64,000 bases of DNA from Diplonema japonicum (lineage: Eukaryota > Protista > Euglenozoa: Diplonemea). The stretch covers positions 372,001-436,000 of the forward strand of contig OZ025688.1 of the NCBI GenBank assembly GCA_964019335.1, read 5' to 3'. Made by a program: the position numbers and the translations under genes. Of this stretch, positions 1 through 11,538 are shown piece after piece. Below the pieces are notes generated by a model. It saw nothing but the letters and a program-made list of their open reading frames with translations. It made no database searches and was not told the DNA's origin. Numbering within the stretch: position 1 is the first letter of the stretch; each line of letters starts with the position of its first letter.

Positions 1-1
1 C

Positions 2-1174
2 GTTGGTAAAAAAGCAATCGCATCTCAACTTCACATCGATTCCCTGTTAAAATCGAAAAGCGTATACCCGGGAACATCAATTCTAAACGAAGTCCGGGGT
101 ATAATCCACGACCTCAAAACAATTCTCTGCACGGAATGCGCTGCACATGACACGGGTTCCTTCGACTCCACTGTCAGCAACCATTCCTTCGGCGGTGAGA
201 TTACAGCAACAGTACCATTATCACCCCGTTCAAATGCGAGCATAAGAATCAAGGACACCTTGAAAAACAACCGGTCCATGTACGGTTCAGCACCGGTGAA
301 CAGAACATCATTTGGAAGCAGTGTTCAACAGCAACCTTGGATATCGGGAGGAATGGGGACAGAAGAAGAGGTTTCAAAAACAGCGGAATTATGTGTTCAA
401 AAACATCTGCTGCATCATGCGAACAATTTCGAGGATTTGTATAAACTCGTCAAGAGCGATCCATCGTTACGGGTTAAAGGTAGCGCCTTACGCGAGAAAA
501 TCAAAGAAGTCAAATCGAAACCCCCGTCTTTTTTCGGAATCCCGCGAAGCTTTGTAAAATGCATCTGGAGCGATGTCGTCCGCGAAGTGGACTTAATAGC
601 GGTAAAACATCTCCCAGCGGAAAAGGCAGAATGCTTGCTATCCATGATCCGGCAGATATGCATTGTAACCTCAGTGGACAGTGGTAGCACACCTATAGAC
701 ATGACGTTGGATGAGATTCTGCCGATCTGTTTGTACTGCATTTCACGGTCTTCTTTAGAGGATCCGTTTGTGGAGGCAGAGTACATGTCGTTGTTGTGCG
801 ATTCCGCGTCTTCCGATGAGATTATGTATTATTTAACCGTTTTTTTTTCTGCTCTTGAGTTTTTACTCACGATGGAACCGGACAACCCTCTTGAGTCTCC
901 TCCTGACATCGCATTGGCGATGACAAGGGCGTCCAGTGCGCCGCTGACGCAGATGGATTCCTCGGTGAAACTGTCTGATGAATTTTTTGATGTTTGTACG
1001 CCCGTAGAGTCTGTAGACTCCTTGGAGGAAGCGGAGGGGCCCGAGATTTTCGGCGGGCTTTCTCGTTCTTCATCTTGCAATGCGGAGGCACCCCGGTCGA
1101 AAGAGATCCCGATCCCTGCTAATAAGTTCGATGCAGGTACCAATTGTTTCAGCGATGTTCAATTTGTGTGGTGA
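2..1174 (+). CDS. VPS9-domain Rab5 GEF-like protein (5' end lies upstream of the window)
   Basis: The frame of ORF 260..1174 is open back to position 2. It has the VPS9 pattern P-x-EK-x-x-CL...MTLDEILPICLYCI...EAEYM...EIMYYLTVFFSALEFL. Confidence 0.8.
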   Translation, partial: VGKKAIASQLHIDSLLKSKSVYPGTSILNEVRGIIHDLKTILCTECAAHDTGSFDSTVSNHSFGGEITATVPLSPRSNASIRIKDTLKNNRSMYGSAPVNRTSFGSSVQQQPWISGGMGTEEEVSKTAELCVQKHLLHHANNFEDLYKLVKSDPSLRVKGSALREKIKEVKSKPPSFFGIPRSFVKCIWSDVVREVDLIAVKHLPAEKAECLLSMIRQICIVTSVDSGSTPIDMTLDEILPICLYCISRSSLEDPFVEAEYMSLLCDSASSDEIMYYLTVFFSALEFLLTMEPDNPLESPPDIALAMTRASSAPLTQMDSSVKLSDEFFDVCTPVESVDSLEEAEGPEIFGGLSRSSSCNAEAPRSKEIPIPANKFDAGTNCFSDVQFVW

Positions 1175-1549
1175 AAAAAAAAAAAAAAAATGGGGGAAAG
1201 GGGGTGTTTTTTTTCTTCTTTGTTTCCGATAACTTCTTTCTTTTTTTTCTCTCTCTTTTTTTTTTCTTTTTTTTTTTTCTGAAGCTCCTGAAGAACATAG
1301 AAAAATAAAAAAGAAGTGAAAGGAGGTAAGGGGTGGGGTAGGATACATATAGCAACAAACCAAAAAAAAGGGGGAGGGGGGGGGAGAAAGTACCTGGCAA
1401 AAAGAAAGAAATTTTTTTTGACGGCTATAGTTCTCCCCCTCCCCGGTCCCCTGTAGGGGGGATGGAGGAAGGTGATTCCTCATCAAGTGAATGTTATACA
1501 TTTTGGAAAAAAGAAGGCGATTCAGAGAGATCCTGCTGAAGCGCCTTTT

Positions 1550-1592
<43 letters not shown>

Positions 1593-2657
1593 CTTTTCCC
1601 CCCTTCTCTTCTCTCTTCCCCATCCCCCTTTTTTTTTCTTTGCAACAACGAGTCTTTGACTTGACTACGGGCAATAGGAGAGTGTAGGCCGTAGCCACCG
1701 GATCAGGAATCAAAGGCTCTAAGGGGTATCCCTAGTCAATCTTCTTCCATGCTCCCCGGCATTTTTTTGTCGTTGTCAAAGAGGAGGGGGGGGGGAATGA
1801 AAATAATTTTGTTCTGTTTTTTTTTTGTGGTGGGTTAACACAGAAATATAGAAAATATAAAGAAGTACGTCATGATGTGTTGTTCGCTGTTGACCTCCTT
1901 CGTCGGTCATCACCGGTAGCGCCCGAGTGGAAGAACGTAACATAGCACTTCTCCCCATCATGCTAAAAGAAACCCCCCCCCCCCCTTTAAAGTGATGCTG
2001 CCAGATCTGCGGATGTCCCTTCAAAGGCAAGGTAGCTACAATGCTAGCAATTCTCCCATCGCTATTGACCCTTTTTTTCCCCCTGCCCTTTCTCTCGGAG
2101 GTGTGGTCCTCAGTGTGCTGTAGTTCTTTTTTAAAAAAAAAATATTTAGATTAACTCTTGTTCGGGACTCCGTCCCCCCCCCTACTTTTTTTTAATATCT
2201 CCATTTCTTCTTCTTCGTGTGTTGATAAAAATGTATCCACTACCCGTTATTATGAATTTCCCCCAATAATTATTATTTTTCTTGTACACATGTGGGGGGG
2301 AGAAGGTTCGTTACAATCTCTTCATTTGAACAAAGAATATTTGAAATAGCCTATTTTTTTTTTTTTCTGGGGAGCTGGGGAGTGTTTCTACAGCAACTTG
2401 TGCCCTGTAAAGTGGGTGCTGGTGTGCTCCTCCACAGAGTTCCTTTTCGTTAGGGAAACCGGGTTTCCCTACCATTAAGAAAGAAAATAAAAATAATTGT
2501 CTCATCTCGAATAATACCACCCCTTAGCAAAATCTTCGAAAAATTCGCCCCCCCCCCCCCCCCCCCGCTATATCATATTAAAATATTTTTTGTATTTATG
2601 GCCACACTTCCACACACCCCCTTTTTTTTCCTCTTGTTCAATTTTTCAAAAAAAAAA

Positions 2658-2950
2658 ATGCCCCACTCCCAGGTGAACCAGTCACGGACAGGCTTCCTTA
2701 AAGGTAAGAGAATGTTTTTTTTTTTTTTTTTTTTTTTTAACCATTGACAAAAAAAAAAGTCTTTTTTTTAATCCTAGAAAAAAGAAACCCTCTTCCCCCC
2801 CCCCCCCCCCCTTCGCTAGCTTTTTTTTTCTCTTTTTTTTCATTCACAGATGTCGATTTTACCAATTTGGTAGACCTGAGACCTAAACTTTATTTTGGTG
2901 CTTTAGGAATAGGCTTCCCCCTTTTTTTATATTCCGAGGAGAGCTTTTAA
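2658..2950 (+). CDS. Possible tiny spliced ORF (~48 aa), join(2658..2703,2850..2950)
   Basis: A-run then ATG, a GTAAG donor at 2704, a pyrimidine tract with CAG acceptor at 2849, and compatible phases. No recognisable protein motif. Confidence 0.2.
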
Positions 2951-3490
2951 ACTACAGCAGAAGGGGAGAAGGAAAAAAAAAAGAAGAAAAAACCCTCATC
3001 TAATGTTTTGCGAGCCCTTTTTAATTTTTGTGACTTGCAATCTGTTGCTTTGTTTATATACTTTTTCTCCCCCCCCCCCTTTCTTCCCTCTGCTCTTGAA
3101 CCCGCCTCTGATGGGGGAGAAAAAAATAATTAAGAGGTGGTCAAATAAAAATAAAAAAACATTACAAAATCAAAAAAAAAACACCCTCGGATTGCGCAAA
3201 AAAAAAAGGGGAGAGGATTTCTATCAGGCCCCTCCTTCAGGGGGAAAAAAATCCCGTTTTTTTCCCCCTTCATTTTGTTGTTTCATTCTTCCCCCCCCCC
3301 CCCCCCCCCCCCGACACTCCCGTCTTTTTTTGCTGTTACATTTCTTTTTTTTTTCCACATTTTCAATTTTTTTCGTTCTCAAATAATTACCCCCTTTTTT
3401 TTTTCTAAAGTTTTTTTTTTCCCCCAAGAGGAAGGGGGGTGGGAGGGGGGTGGGAAGAAATAATTAAAAAAAAAAAAAAAAAAAAAACAT

Positions 3491-4222
3491 ATGAAGCCTG
3501 CAAAATTCAAAACCCCGGGTGACATCAGTGCGCTAGCAGAGGCGGTATCGAAGTCAACCGCAGCAGAGAAGAAACTATGCCCAATAGGAATAGAGGGAGA
3601 AGAAGCAGGGGGGAACAAAGTGATATACCTTCACGGCTACGGTGATGTTCAAGCAGGAATGCTAGGGCTGGCGAAGAGCTTAAGACTACCACAAGTTACA
3701 ACCATGGTGTTGCAAGGCCTGGGACACATGCCTCTGGGGATGGACGGGAGACAGTGGTACCCTGACTCCGAGGTGGAGTCTGCCCTCTACGGATCACAAG
3801 AAGCAAAGAAACAAGAGAAGGAAGGCAGAAACCACGCGCGAAAGATTTTATTGGATTTCCTACACCCGGCTCTGTATCCTCCTGCAACAACATTTCTCGT
3901 GGGGCATGGTCAAGGTGCGGAACTAGCGTTGTGGCTTGCAGAGTCTCGTCTTTTTGCAGGCATATTGCTCTTAGATGTCCCATCTTACACGGCGCTTCCC
4001 AGGTTGCTTCTACCCCCTCGTGACCTTCCCCTACACTTCCGTGACGGGGTTGGGAATAAGCTTGTTGCGAACAAGTTGTTCTCGCGATGTTGCGTGTCGA
4101 CGTCCGACAGCAGCGAGTCGCTGCTTTCTGTAGCCAAATGGTTCGCGGGAATCCTTCCGTTGGCCATGAAAACCCTCGAGAACGACCCGGACGTAATCAA
4201 GCTGGACAATGGTGTTTTCTAG
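3491..4222 (+). CDS. Alpha/beta hydrolase, phospholipase/carboxylesterase-like (nucleophile Ser replaced)
   Basis: VIYLHGYGD, GRQWY and FLVGHGQGA (the GxSxG position) motifs. An A-run precedes the ATG. Confidence 0.75.
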   Translation: MKPAKFKTPGDISALAEAVSKSTAAEKKLCPIGIEGEEAGGNKVIYLHGYGDVQAGMLGLAKSLRLPQVTTMVLQGLGHMPLGMDGRQWYPDSEVESALYGSQEAKKQEKEGRNHARKILLDFLHPALYPPATTFLVGHGQGAELALWLAESRLFAGILLLDVPSYTALPRLLLPPRDLPLHFRDGVGNKLVANKLFSRCCVSTSDSSESLLSVAKWFAGILPLAMKTLENDPDVIKLDNGVF

Positions 4223-4311
4223 ATGCGGACGAGCTTATCAACGATTTTCTTTTTCTCTTTTTTTTCCCACCCAAAAAAAAAAAAAAAAGAGGGGAGGGGA
4301 AAAAAAAAAAA

Positions 4312-5234
4312 ATGGTGGCTGAAACCGACCCAGTTGCGTCTGCTGCCGAGCTCCTGACGTCCGGCACTGGGAGCGCAAAGAGCAATGCTGACCTCATGCA
4401 GATGTGTTGGAAGGCGATACACACTGATGAAAGTTTAAGGGTATGGAATAATTTTAAAAAAAAAAAAAAAGGAGAATTTAAAAAACGCGCAAACGAGGCT
4501 CCACGAATGGGAAGCCGCTGCCAAAGGCGTCCCGGAAAAATTGCAGAAAGAGGTATATATTTTTGTTTTCTTTCTTCTTTTCTTTGTATTCATATAAATA
4601 GGTTGACGACCTTCGTACTGAGCTGCAAGTGGCGAACAAAGACAGGAGAACCCATCTTGTCGAGAAGAGAAAACTTCAAATGAGCATCAAAGATGCACAG
4701 AGAAAATCAGAGACAAGCGAAAAAAAGCTCAGCGAGATACTCGGTCAGATGGAACAAACTATTGACGGTGACGCCGAACAGAGGGCGAAAATACTTGAGG
4801 TGGAGCTGGTTGAAAAGCGTAGCGCGGTAGCAGAGCTCGCTACAATGAAAGAAGAGGTTTCTGACTTACGGGAGAGAGTGGCAGAACTTACTACCCAACT
4901 GGAATTTGAGAAAGATATAAAGGATAAGGTTGAGTTGCGATGCGGAGATCTTGAAAAGGAACTCAGCCTTAAAAGGGTCGAAAGTAGTAATATGCTTGCA
5001 GAGGCCTCCCAACCAACACGTACAGCCCCCCCTCGGGCCCCCCCTATGGAACGGAAGCCTCGGAAGCATGTTACTGACCAGCCCACCAAGCCTATTGATG
5101 AGCAAGGTGCCCCTTCCCCCTTCTCCAACCTCAACCTCCCGGTCCTTGGTGCTGGTTCCCTTATCTGTCTCACTCTTGGGTACGTACTCGGATCTGCGAA
5201 AGGTGCTGCAAGATCTACCTTGGTGCAGGAGTAA
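4312..5234 (+). CDS. Coiled-coil protein with C-terminal hydrophobic (tail-anchor-like) segment, join(4312..4440,4472..4552,4602..5234)
   Basis: Two phase-0 GT-AG introns (4441-4471, 4553-4601) join three frames into one continuous heptad-rich ORF ending in LPVLGAGSLICLTLGYVLG. Confidence 0.7.
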
Positions 5235-5775
5235 TTTTTTTATTATTTATTTAGAGGTCTCACAAAGACCTTAATGCGGGCTTTTTTTTTTTTTATTTCT
5301 TCCACTCGATGAAAAATTTACTTCGAGAAATTTTCTGTCTTTGTTATTTTGATGTGGGGGGGGGGGGGGGGGGGAGGGGGGGAGAGAGAAACCGGTTTCT
5401 ACAACCCGTATTTTTTTTAGGTAAAAAAAAAAAAGCCAAAATTTATTCCTTTTTTTCGGTTCCCCTCTTTTTTTTTTTTTTTTCTCCTTTTTTGTTCTAT
5501 GGTGCGTAGAACTGAAACATTTCTAGGGGGGTAACACCTGTGACCAGAAATCATCTTTCTTTTTGTTTTTTTTACTTTTAGATTAAAAGATTATCTTCTC
5601 CCCCGCCGCTGCTGCCGTATCCCCCCCCCCCCCCCCCCCCTTCTTCGTGTTCGCCTCCTGTCCCCCTTATTAAAATTTTTTCTTCACCCCGTCTCTTTTT
5701 TTTCTCTTTTTTTTTCACCCCACCAACGTATATTCACACCCACCAAAAGGTAGGGAGGGGCACTAAAAAAAAAAA

Positions 5776-6795
5776 ATGGAACCACGGCAGAGGCGCAGCG
5801 TGGTGAAGATCTGCAACGAGCTCGACGGCATGGCCTACAGCCTTGTCTTCGAAGGTGCGTTGGGACGGCTGACAGTGAAACAGCTGAAGAAGCACGTCCA
5901 AGAGACAACAGGGGTGCCTGCTGAGATGCAACAGCTGATGCACAGAGGAGTGATTTTAAGAGAAGGCGACAGCTGTGACCGGTACGCGATACAGGCAGGG
6001 GCTGAATTGGACTTATGCGTCGCAGGCGACAGCCGTGTCCCGGTGCGAGGGTCCCAACCACAACAGCTGCCTCCTCAGGGAGCCGCCGTGCCTTACCTGA
6101 AAGAGGGAGTGGACGGTCAATATGTTGACAGGCAGTATGAACAACAAAGAGACGAGGTTCAGTTTTACGATGACCGGCGGCCGTCCCCTGTACCTCCTAT
6201 GGTACCAGGCCCGCCTAAGTCGATGGCACACCACCCTATGAGAAGGCCGTCTGTTGATCCAATTGTTGAAAAAATAAGGGAAAATGATGAACGGCTCTCT
6301 GAGCTCCGCAGGTACGAAGCGCTTCTCCGGTCTCAGGAAGAGCAGCTGGCCGAGTCCCAAAAGGCCTACCGGGAAAACGCTAGCACAGAACTAACCCTAG
6401 AACACCTCAACAAACACAACAAAATAAATAAACGAGATGCTGCGAGGCATGCTCACGCCGATGCGGTCTCTGATGACGAAACTGAAATTCTGACAATAGA
6501 AGAACTTCCTCCCATGGGAGGGGGCGCTAAGTCGCTCCGCTCGCACTCTACTGCGGGGTACCTTGCTAGTAAGGCCCGAGAGCTGGAACTTGAGGCGCAG
6601 TGGAAGCAGACGTGTACCAAGTTTGATCTCGCAAGATCGTCCACAGCCCGCAGCATGGAGCGGTTAAAAAAAGAGCTGCACGAGAAGGAAAGCACGCTGA
6701 GAACAATAACAAACGAGGTACAGCAGGACATGAAGTACGTCAAGCAGAAGCGGATCATGTTGGACACTCTCTCTGCCCGGTCGGTAGGGTCTTGA
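5776..6795 (+). CDS. N-terminal ubiquitin-like domain plus coiled-coil protein
   Basis: LTVKQLKKHVQETTGVPAEMQQLMHRGVILREGDSCDRYAIQAGAELDL is a Ubl signature. 339-aa ORF after an A-run. Confidence 0.75.
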   Translation: MEPRQRRSVVKICNELDGMAYSLVFEGALGRLTVKQLKKHVQETTGVPAEMQQLMHRGVILREGDSCDRYAIQAGAELDLCVAGDSRVPVRGSQPQQLPPQGAAVPYLKEGVDGQYVDRQYEQQRDEVQFYDDRRPSPVPPMVPGPPKSMAHHPMRRPSVDPIVEKIRENDERLSELRRYEALLRSQEEQLAESQKAYRENASTELTLEHLNKHNKINKRDAARHAHADAVSDDETEILTIEELPPMGGGAKSLRSHSTAGYLASKARELELEAQWKQTCTKFDLARSSTARSMERLKKELHEKESTLRTITNEVQQDMKYVKQKRIMLDTLSARSVGS

Positions 6796-6939
6796 ATAAA
6801 TAGATTTTCAAAGTAATTTTTTTCTTTTCTTTTTGAGGATAGATCCCCTCCCCTTTCTAGATTTTATTTGTTATCCCCCCCCCCCGCTACTACAAAATTT
6901 TCGAATTTGCAAAAAGGAAAAAAAAAAAAAAAAAAAAAG

Positions 6940-7929
6940 ATGAGTAAGGCGTTGTACCCGATGATCCGGGGGTACAGCAATGTGAATGAACGAAAGATGA
7001 TGACAATATTAATGAGACGGACAAGAGCGGCAATGCCGATGTTGGGGTTGGACACAACCGGGATGGACAATCCGGTACCAGCTGTGGAGAGGGCGCTAGA
7101 CATAGGCTACAGACGGTTCCACGTAGGGGAAGGGCACGAGAGCGCTTTAGGGGAGCTGTTCTACAACCGCCTCGACAACGGCGCGATAGAAAGGAAGTCC
7201 CTGTGGGTGGACGTCAAGACAACCGATGACTGGGACAGAGCAGAAGAGGTCATCACTGAGAAGCTCGAAAAACTACGCACAGGGTACCTGGACATGGTCT
7301 TCGCAAAGTGCCCCATCAGAGAGCAGGACAACGGTCGGTGGGAAAGCAAGGAGTTTCAAAAACTCTGGGGGAAGTTGTTTTCTCTAACCCCGCCGAAGGG
7401 TAGAATAACCCGGCACGTGGGCATATGCCATGTATCACGAAAGAAATTGGAGCTAGATTTCTTGAGGACTATGTCGCACGAGATCCCCGACGCTATTCAG
7501 AATGAAGTTCACTTGCAGCTGCAGATGAACGGGCTCAGGACGTCTTGCCAGAGGTACGACGTCAGGATGTTGGGTGAGGCCATTTGCCCGAAGTCGGTGA
7601 CGGACGTGAAGATGGTACAGCAAGCTTGCCATTCGAAAAGCCTCACCCCTGAACAGCTCTCCATCAAGTGGTCCATCCAACGCCAGGTCCCCTGCCTTGT
7701 GAGCACTGAGAACCCTGACGAGCTTCTGCAGGCGTTCATCGCGGCGACAACTGGTTTGTGAATTAGGAATTTTAAAATTAAAAAAAAAAAAAAAAAAAAA
7801 ACAGACGGCGGTCAACCTTTGCTTTTAAACGCACGAGAAATGTCGATCCTGGAAACCCTAGACAGGGGCCACACCCACCGTGTCATTTACAAGGATTTAG
7901 AGGCACTTTGGGATGTTGATTACAAGTGA
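6940..7929 (+). CDS. Aldo-keto reductase family protein (divergent), join(6940..7753,7805..7929)
   Basis: MPMLGL, ALDIGYR, LEKLRTGYLD, IQNEVH and TPEQLSIKWSIQR motifs. A phase-1 intron at 7754-7804 adds an AKR-like C-terminus, LNAREMSILETLDRG. Confidence 0.8.
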
Positions 7930-8024
7930 TCTTCTTCTTCTTCTTTTTTTTCTTCTTTTTCGTGTTCTCTCAATCGGTGGGAGGGGAAAAAAAAAGAAAA
8001 TAAATAAAAAAAAAAAACCCCACA

Positions 8025-9068
8025 ATGTCCAAACACAGCCTGCTGAAGCTCCGCAAGCGCCTCAAGGAGCTGGAACAACAATGCAGCCACGATGAAGAAA
8101 GCGGACAGCCGTTGCTTGTTGCCGACAAGAACACCAAGCGCGTCTTTCCTTTGTGCGACGAAAAGCTTGACGAATGGGAGGCGGAGATGGACGCAAAAGA
8201 ACGCGAAATGGAAAGTGTGGAACACGGCCTGTCCGCTCGCTTCAAAGCAGTGCAAGAAAACTGCGAACGCTTGGGAAGGGAAAACAGCGCGATGCAAGAA
8301 AAACTGAGAACGTTAGGAATCGATTCGTTGGAATGCCTGTCCATGTGCGAGGTGGACGCGCAACCACATCAACCCAGCAGCCCGACACACACCATCAAAG
8401 TATGGCACCACGATGACTCAACCACTACTGCAAGGCGGAAACTACACCATGCTTTGAACGAAAGGGAAAGGCAGTACCATGTCAGGGCCAACCGGTTGAA
8501 AACCCTTGCTTTGAAAGAACTGGCGGTGAGCAAGACACAAGCAAGACTGACATCGCTAAAAGAAGATTTCACCACCTACTCGGCTGTGATCGACTCAGTC
8601 GAGTCTGTGAAAAAATGGGCAGCGATGAAGGAAGCAACCTACAAGGACCTTCGACAGAAGTACAGTACTGTCCGGGCCAGGCTTATAAAGGACAACGAGG
8701 AGATTCACAAGGAGGAATCGGCATATGGTGCGTCTAGAAGTGCACCGCCTTCGACCCCGAACGGAACATTCTACGACTGTCTCCCACCACCGCAGGATGT
8801 CCCGTATCCTAGTTATCCCACTCCGGTGATTCCCACCATGGACATGGTGCACCTTCGACACGGGGTCTTGCTGCAGCAGAAGTACCTTGCTTCGTTGGAG
8901 GTGAAGAGGGCAGCCTTCGAGGCAACCATCGAGGTTTGGAAAAAACTGTTGGAATCCTGTTCAAACATGGAGGCGGAGCTTGCCGCGAGGAGGGAGGCCG
9001 TGGTGGACGCCGAGCTCAGATTGCTGGCGAAGGGACCGCGAAGAAATGTTTCTACATTATTCGGTTAA
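8025..9068 (+). CDS. Hypothetical coiled-coil protein
   Basis: 347-aa homopolymer-free ORF rich in E/K/L/R, with an A-rich leader. Confidence 0.7.
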   Translation: MSKHSLLKLRKRLKELEQQCSHDEESGQPLLVADKNTKRVFPLCDEKLDEWEAEMDAKEREMESVEHGLSARFKAVQENCERLGRENSAMQEKLRTLGIDSLECLSMCEVDAQPHQPSSPTHTIKVWHHDDSTTTARRKLHHALNERERQYHVRANRLKTLALKELAVSKTQARLTSLKEDFTTYSAVIDSVESVKKWAAMKEATYKDLRQKYSTVRARLIKDNEEIHKEESAYGASRSAPPSTPNGTFYDCLPPPQDVPYPSYPTPVIPTMDMVHLRHGVLLQQKYLASLEVKRAAFEATIEVWKKLLESCSNMEAELAARREAVVDAELRLLAKGPRRNVSTLFG

Positions 9069-9163
9069 AAAAAAAAAAAAAACTCTTTTTTTTTTTTTTT
9101 TTTTTTTTTTTCCCCGCTCCCCTCTGGACATTTCCCCAAAAAAAATTCAGGAGGGGGTGAGAG

Positions 9164-10942
9164 ATGTTGGAGTTGAGATTATGCTTAGTGATTACAACGG
9201 TGCTGGCCTGCTTGGCTGGGAGCACCAAGGATACCAAGAAGCTGCTTAAAAGTGTCGACTCCATGATCGTGGAAGGGAGGACTAAGTACAACGATGCGGT
9301 GGAGCTGTTGACGCAGATCTTGGAGGAGGAGCCGGACAACTTCAAGGCGCTGTACAAAAGGGCTGAGGTGAACGACCTCCTCAAGAATTACAAAATGTCT
9401 CTCACCGACCTGCAGCACATTCTGGAAAAAAACTCGGGCTCCAAACAGTCCTACCAACTGCGGTCCAAGATTTTGACCAAAACCGGGGATTTTGACAACG
9501 CGTGGCAAGACTGGGTATTTTTACCAAAAAAAAAAAAAAAAAAAAAAAAAAAAGGAACGTCTCCGGCAAATATACGAAAACTCGAACTCCAAATACGAAA
9601 AAACGAAAAAATACGACGAGGCGGTGTCGAAACGAGACACGCTGCGCACCCTCTCGGTGGAGGAAAGGAAAATGGACGAGCTTCTCAAGGCGGAGCCGGA
9701 CAACATCTCGTACCAAAGATATTGCATGGAAGTAACCAGCAGAATGATGAAAGAGGCAAGGTAACAACAACAATAACAACAAAAAAATCACCCCCCTCCC
9801 CCCTATGCATTTCTTTTTAAAGGGAACGTGCAGATGAGTACCGCTTGAAACGCGTCGACTGTGCCCTTGCTGCGAAGGACTACGACGTCGTCAACGAAGA
9901 ACTTGTGTATGGGAAAAAAAAAAAAAAAAAAAAAAAAATCCCATTTTTTTTTTCTCTCCCCCCAGCCGTGTATTAGCATTGAACCCTTACAACTTGGACG
10001 CAATTCACTTAAAAGCACTGTCACTGAAGATGATGGGTGCTACAGACGCTGCGTTGTCAAACGCGAAACGGTATTATCAAAAAAGAATTTTTTTTTCTTT
10101 CAAAAAAAAAAAAAAAAAAAAAAAAAAGATGCTTATCACTCGACCCGGAACACGCTCAATGTAAAAAGCTCCACAAATCCATCAAAACATACAACAAGTT
10201 GTCTAAACGGTTCGAAGACGCTGTGATGGACAAGGAGTGGGACAGCATCCTGTCTGTCATTGATGAGTCCTTCTCAGCAGAGGCAAACCCCTTCAACTCC
10301 GACAGGCTGTACTTCTACAGGTGCAAGGCTCACCTTAACAAGCGAATGCTCTCCGAGGGCGTCAACTCATGTAGTGCCGCAATAGACGATAGCGGAGAAA
10401 ACAACCCAGGAGCTTGGGAACTTCACATCATGAGGGCTGACGTGCACATGCTTGCAGGCGATCTTGCACAGGCGGAGAAGGATATTGAAAGAGCAGCAGA
10501 ACTTCAACCAAACGAGCGAAGCATCATGGAAAAACGTGCTCGTCTGGAAAAGCTAAAAAAACAAGCCGCCCGGAAGGACTACTACAAGATATTATTTGTA
10601 TCCCGCACTGCCGATACACAGGAGATCAAGAAGGCATACCGAAAGCTAGCTATGATTCACCATCCAGATAAGCTAGCGGGTGACTTGAGTCCGGAGGAGA
10701 TTGAAAAAGCGGAGGATCTTTACAAGGACATTTCCGAGTCCTATCAAGTACTCAGCGATAAAGAAAAGCGTCGTCGGTACGATCTTGGGGAGGACATAGA
10801 AGATCAGCCTCAGAACAACCACCACCACCACCAAAATTTCCACTTTAACCAGGTTTGTAGGGAAAATCATTTTTTTTTTTTTTTTTTCAAAAAAAAAAAA
10901 AAAAAATCGCAGGGTGGTGGGTTCAACTTCAGATTCCGTTAG
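9164..10942 (+). CDS. DNAJC3: DNAJC3/P58IPK-like ER co-chaperone (signal peptide, TPRs, J-domain), join(9164..9514,9555..9760,9823..9906,9966..10070,10129..10852,10913..10942)
   Basis: Signal peptide, TPR repeats, [15 protein letters not shown]...HHPDK...[15 protein letters not shown], and the C-terminus GGFNFRF. Five GT-AG introns restore a single frame. Confidence 0.88.
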
Positions 10943-11538
10943 AAAGAAAAGAAAAAAAAAAAGAAGAAGAAAAAAAAAAATACCTCTCCAGTGTTTTCTT
11001 TTATTCCCTTTTTTTTCGAAAAAGAAAATTTGAGGGGGGGGGGGGGGGGGGGGGAGCGAAGAAAGAAAGAAAGAAGAAAAAAAAAGAAAATGACAAGGGA
11101 GAAAAACAAAAAAAGTAAACTATTTCAATCTCTCAATTACTACTCCATGTGGGAAAATGAAAAAAAAAAAGATGGTACCCCCCCACACACTGGCATTCAG
11201 TGCGCTTACCCTAATTCGAAGCGAAGAATGGGGGGAAAAAAAAGAAAAAAACCGTCCCCCCCCCCCCCCCCCCTCCCCCCCGTTAACACGATGCTCTCTT
11301 TTCTTTTCACACCCCCCCCTTCTCTCGAAAAAAAAGATTTTTTTCCACATGGACGTGTGGCAAAAAAAAAAGAAGAAACAAAAAAAAAGCATTTCTAGAG
11401 TGCTAGTGAAAAAAAAAATTATATGTATGTTGAAAAAACTAAGCAAAAAAAAAAAATACGCAAAAAAAAACCACCCCCCCCTCACTTAATTAAGCACACG
11501 ACGGGTGGGGGAGGGAAAAAAAGAGGGGGAAAAAAAAA

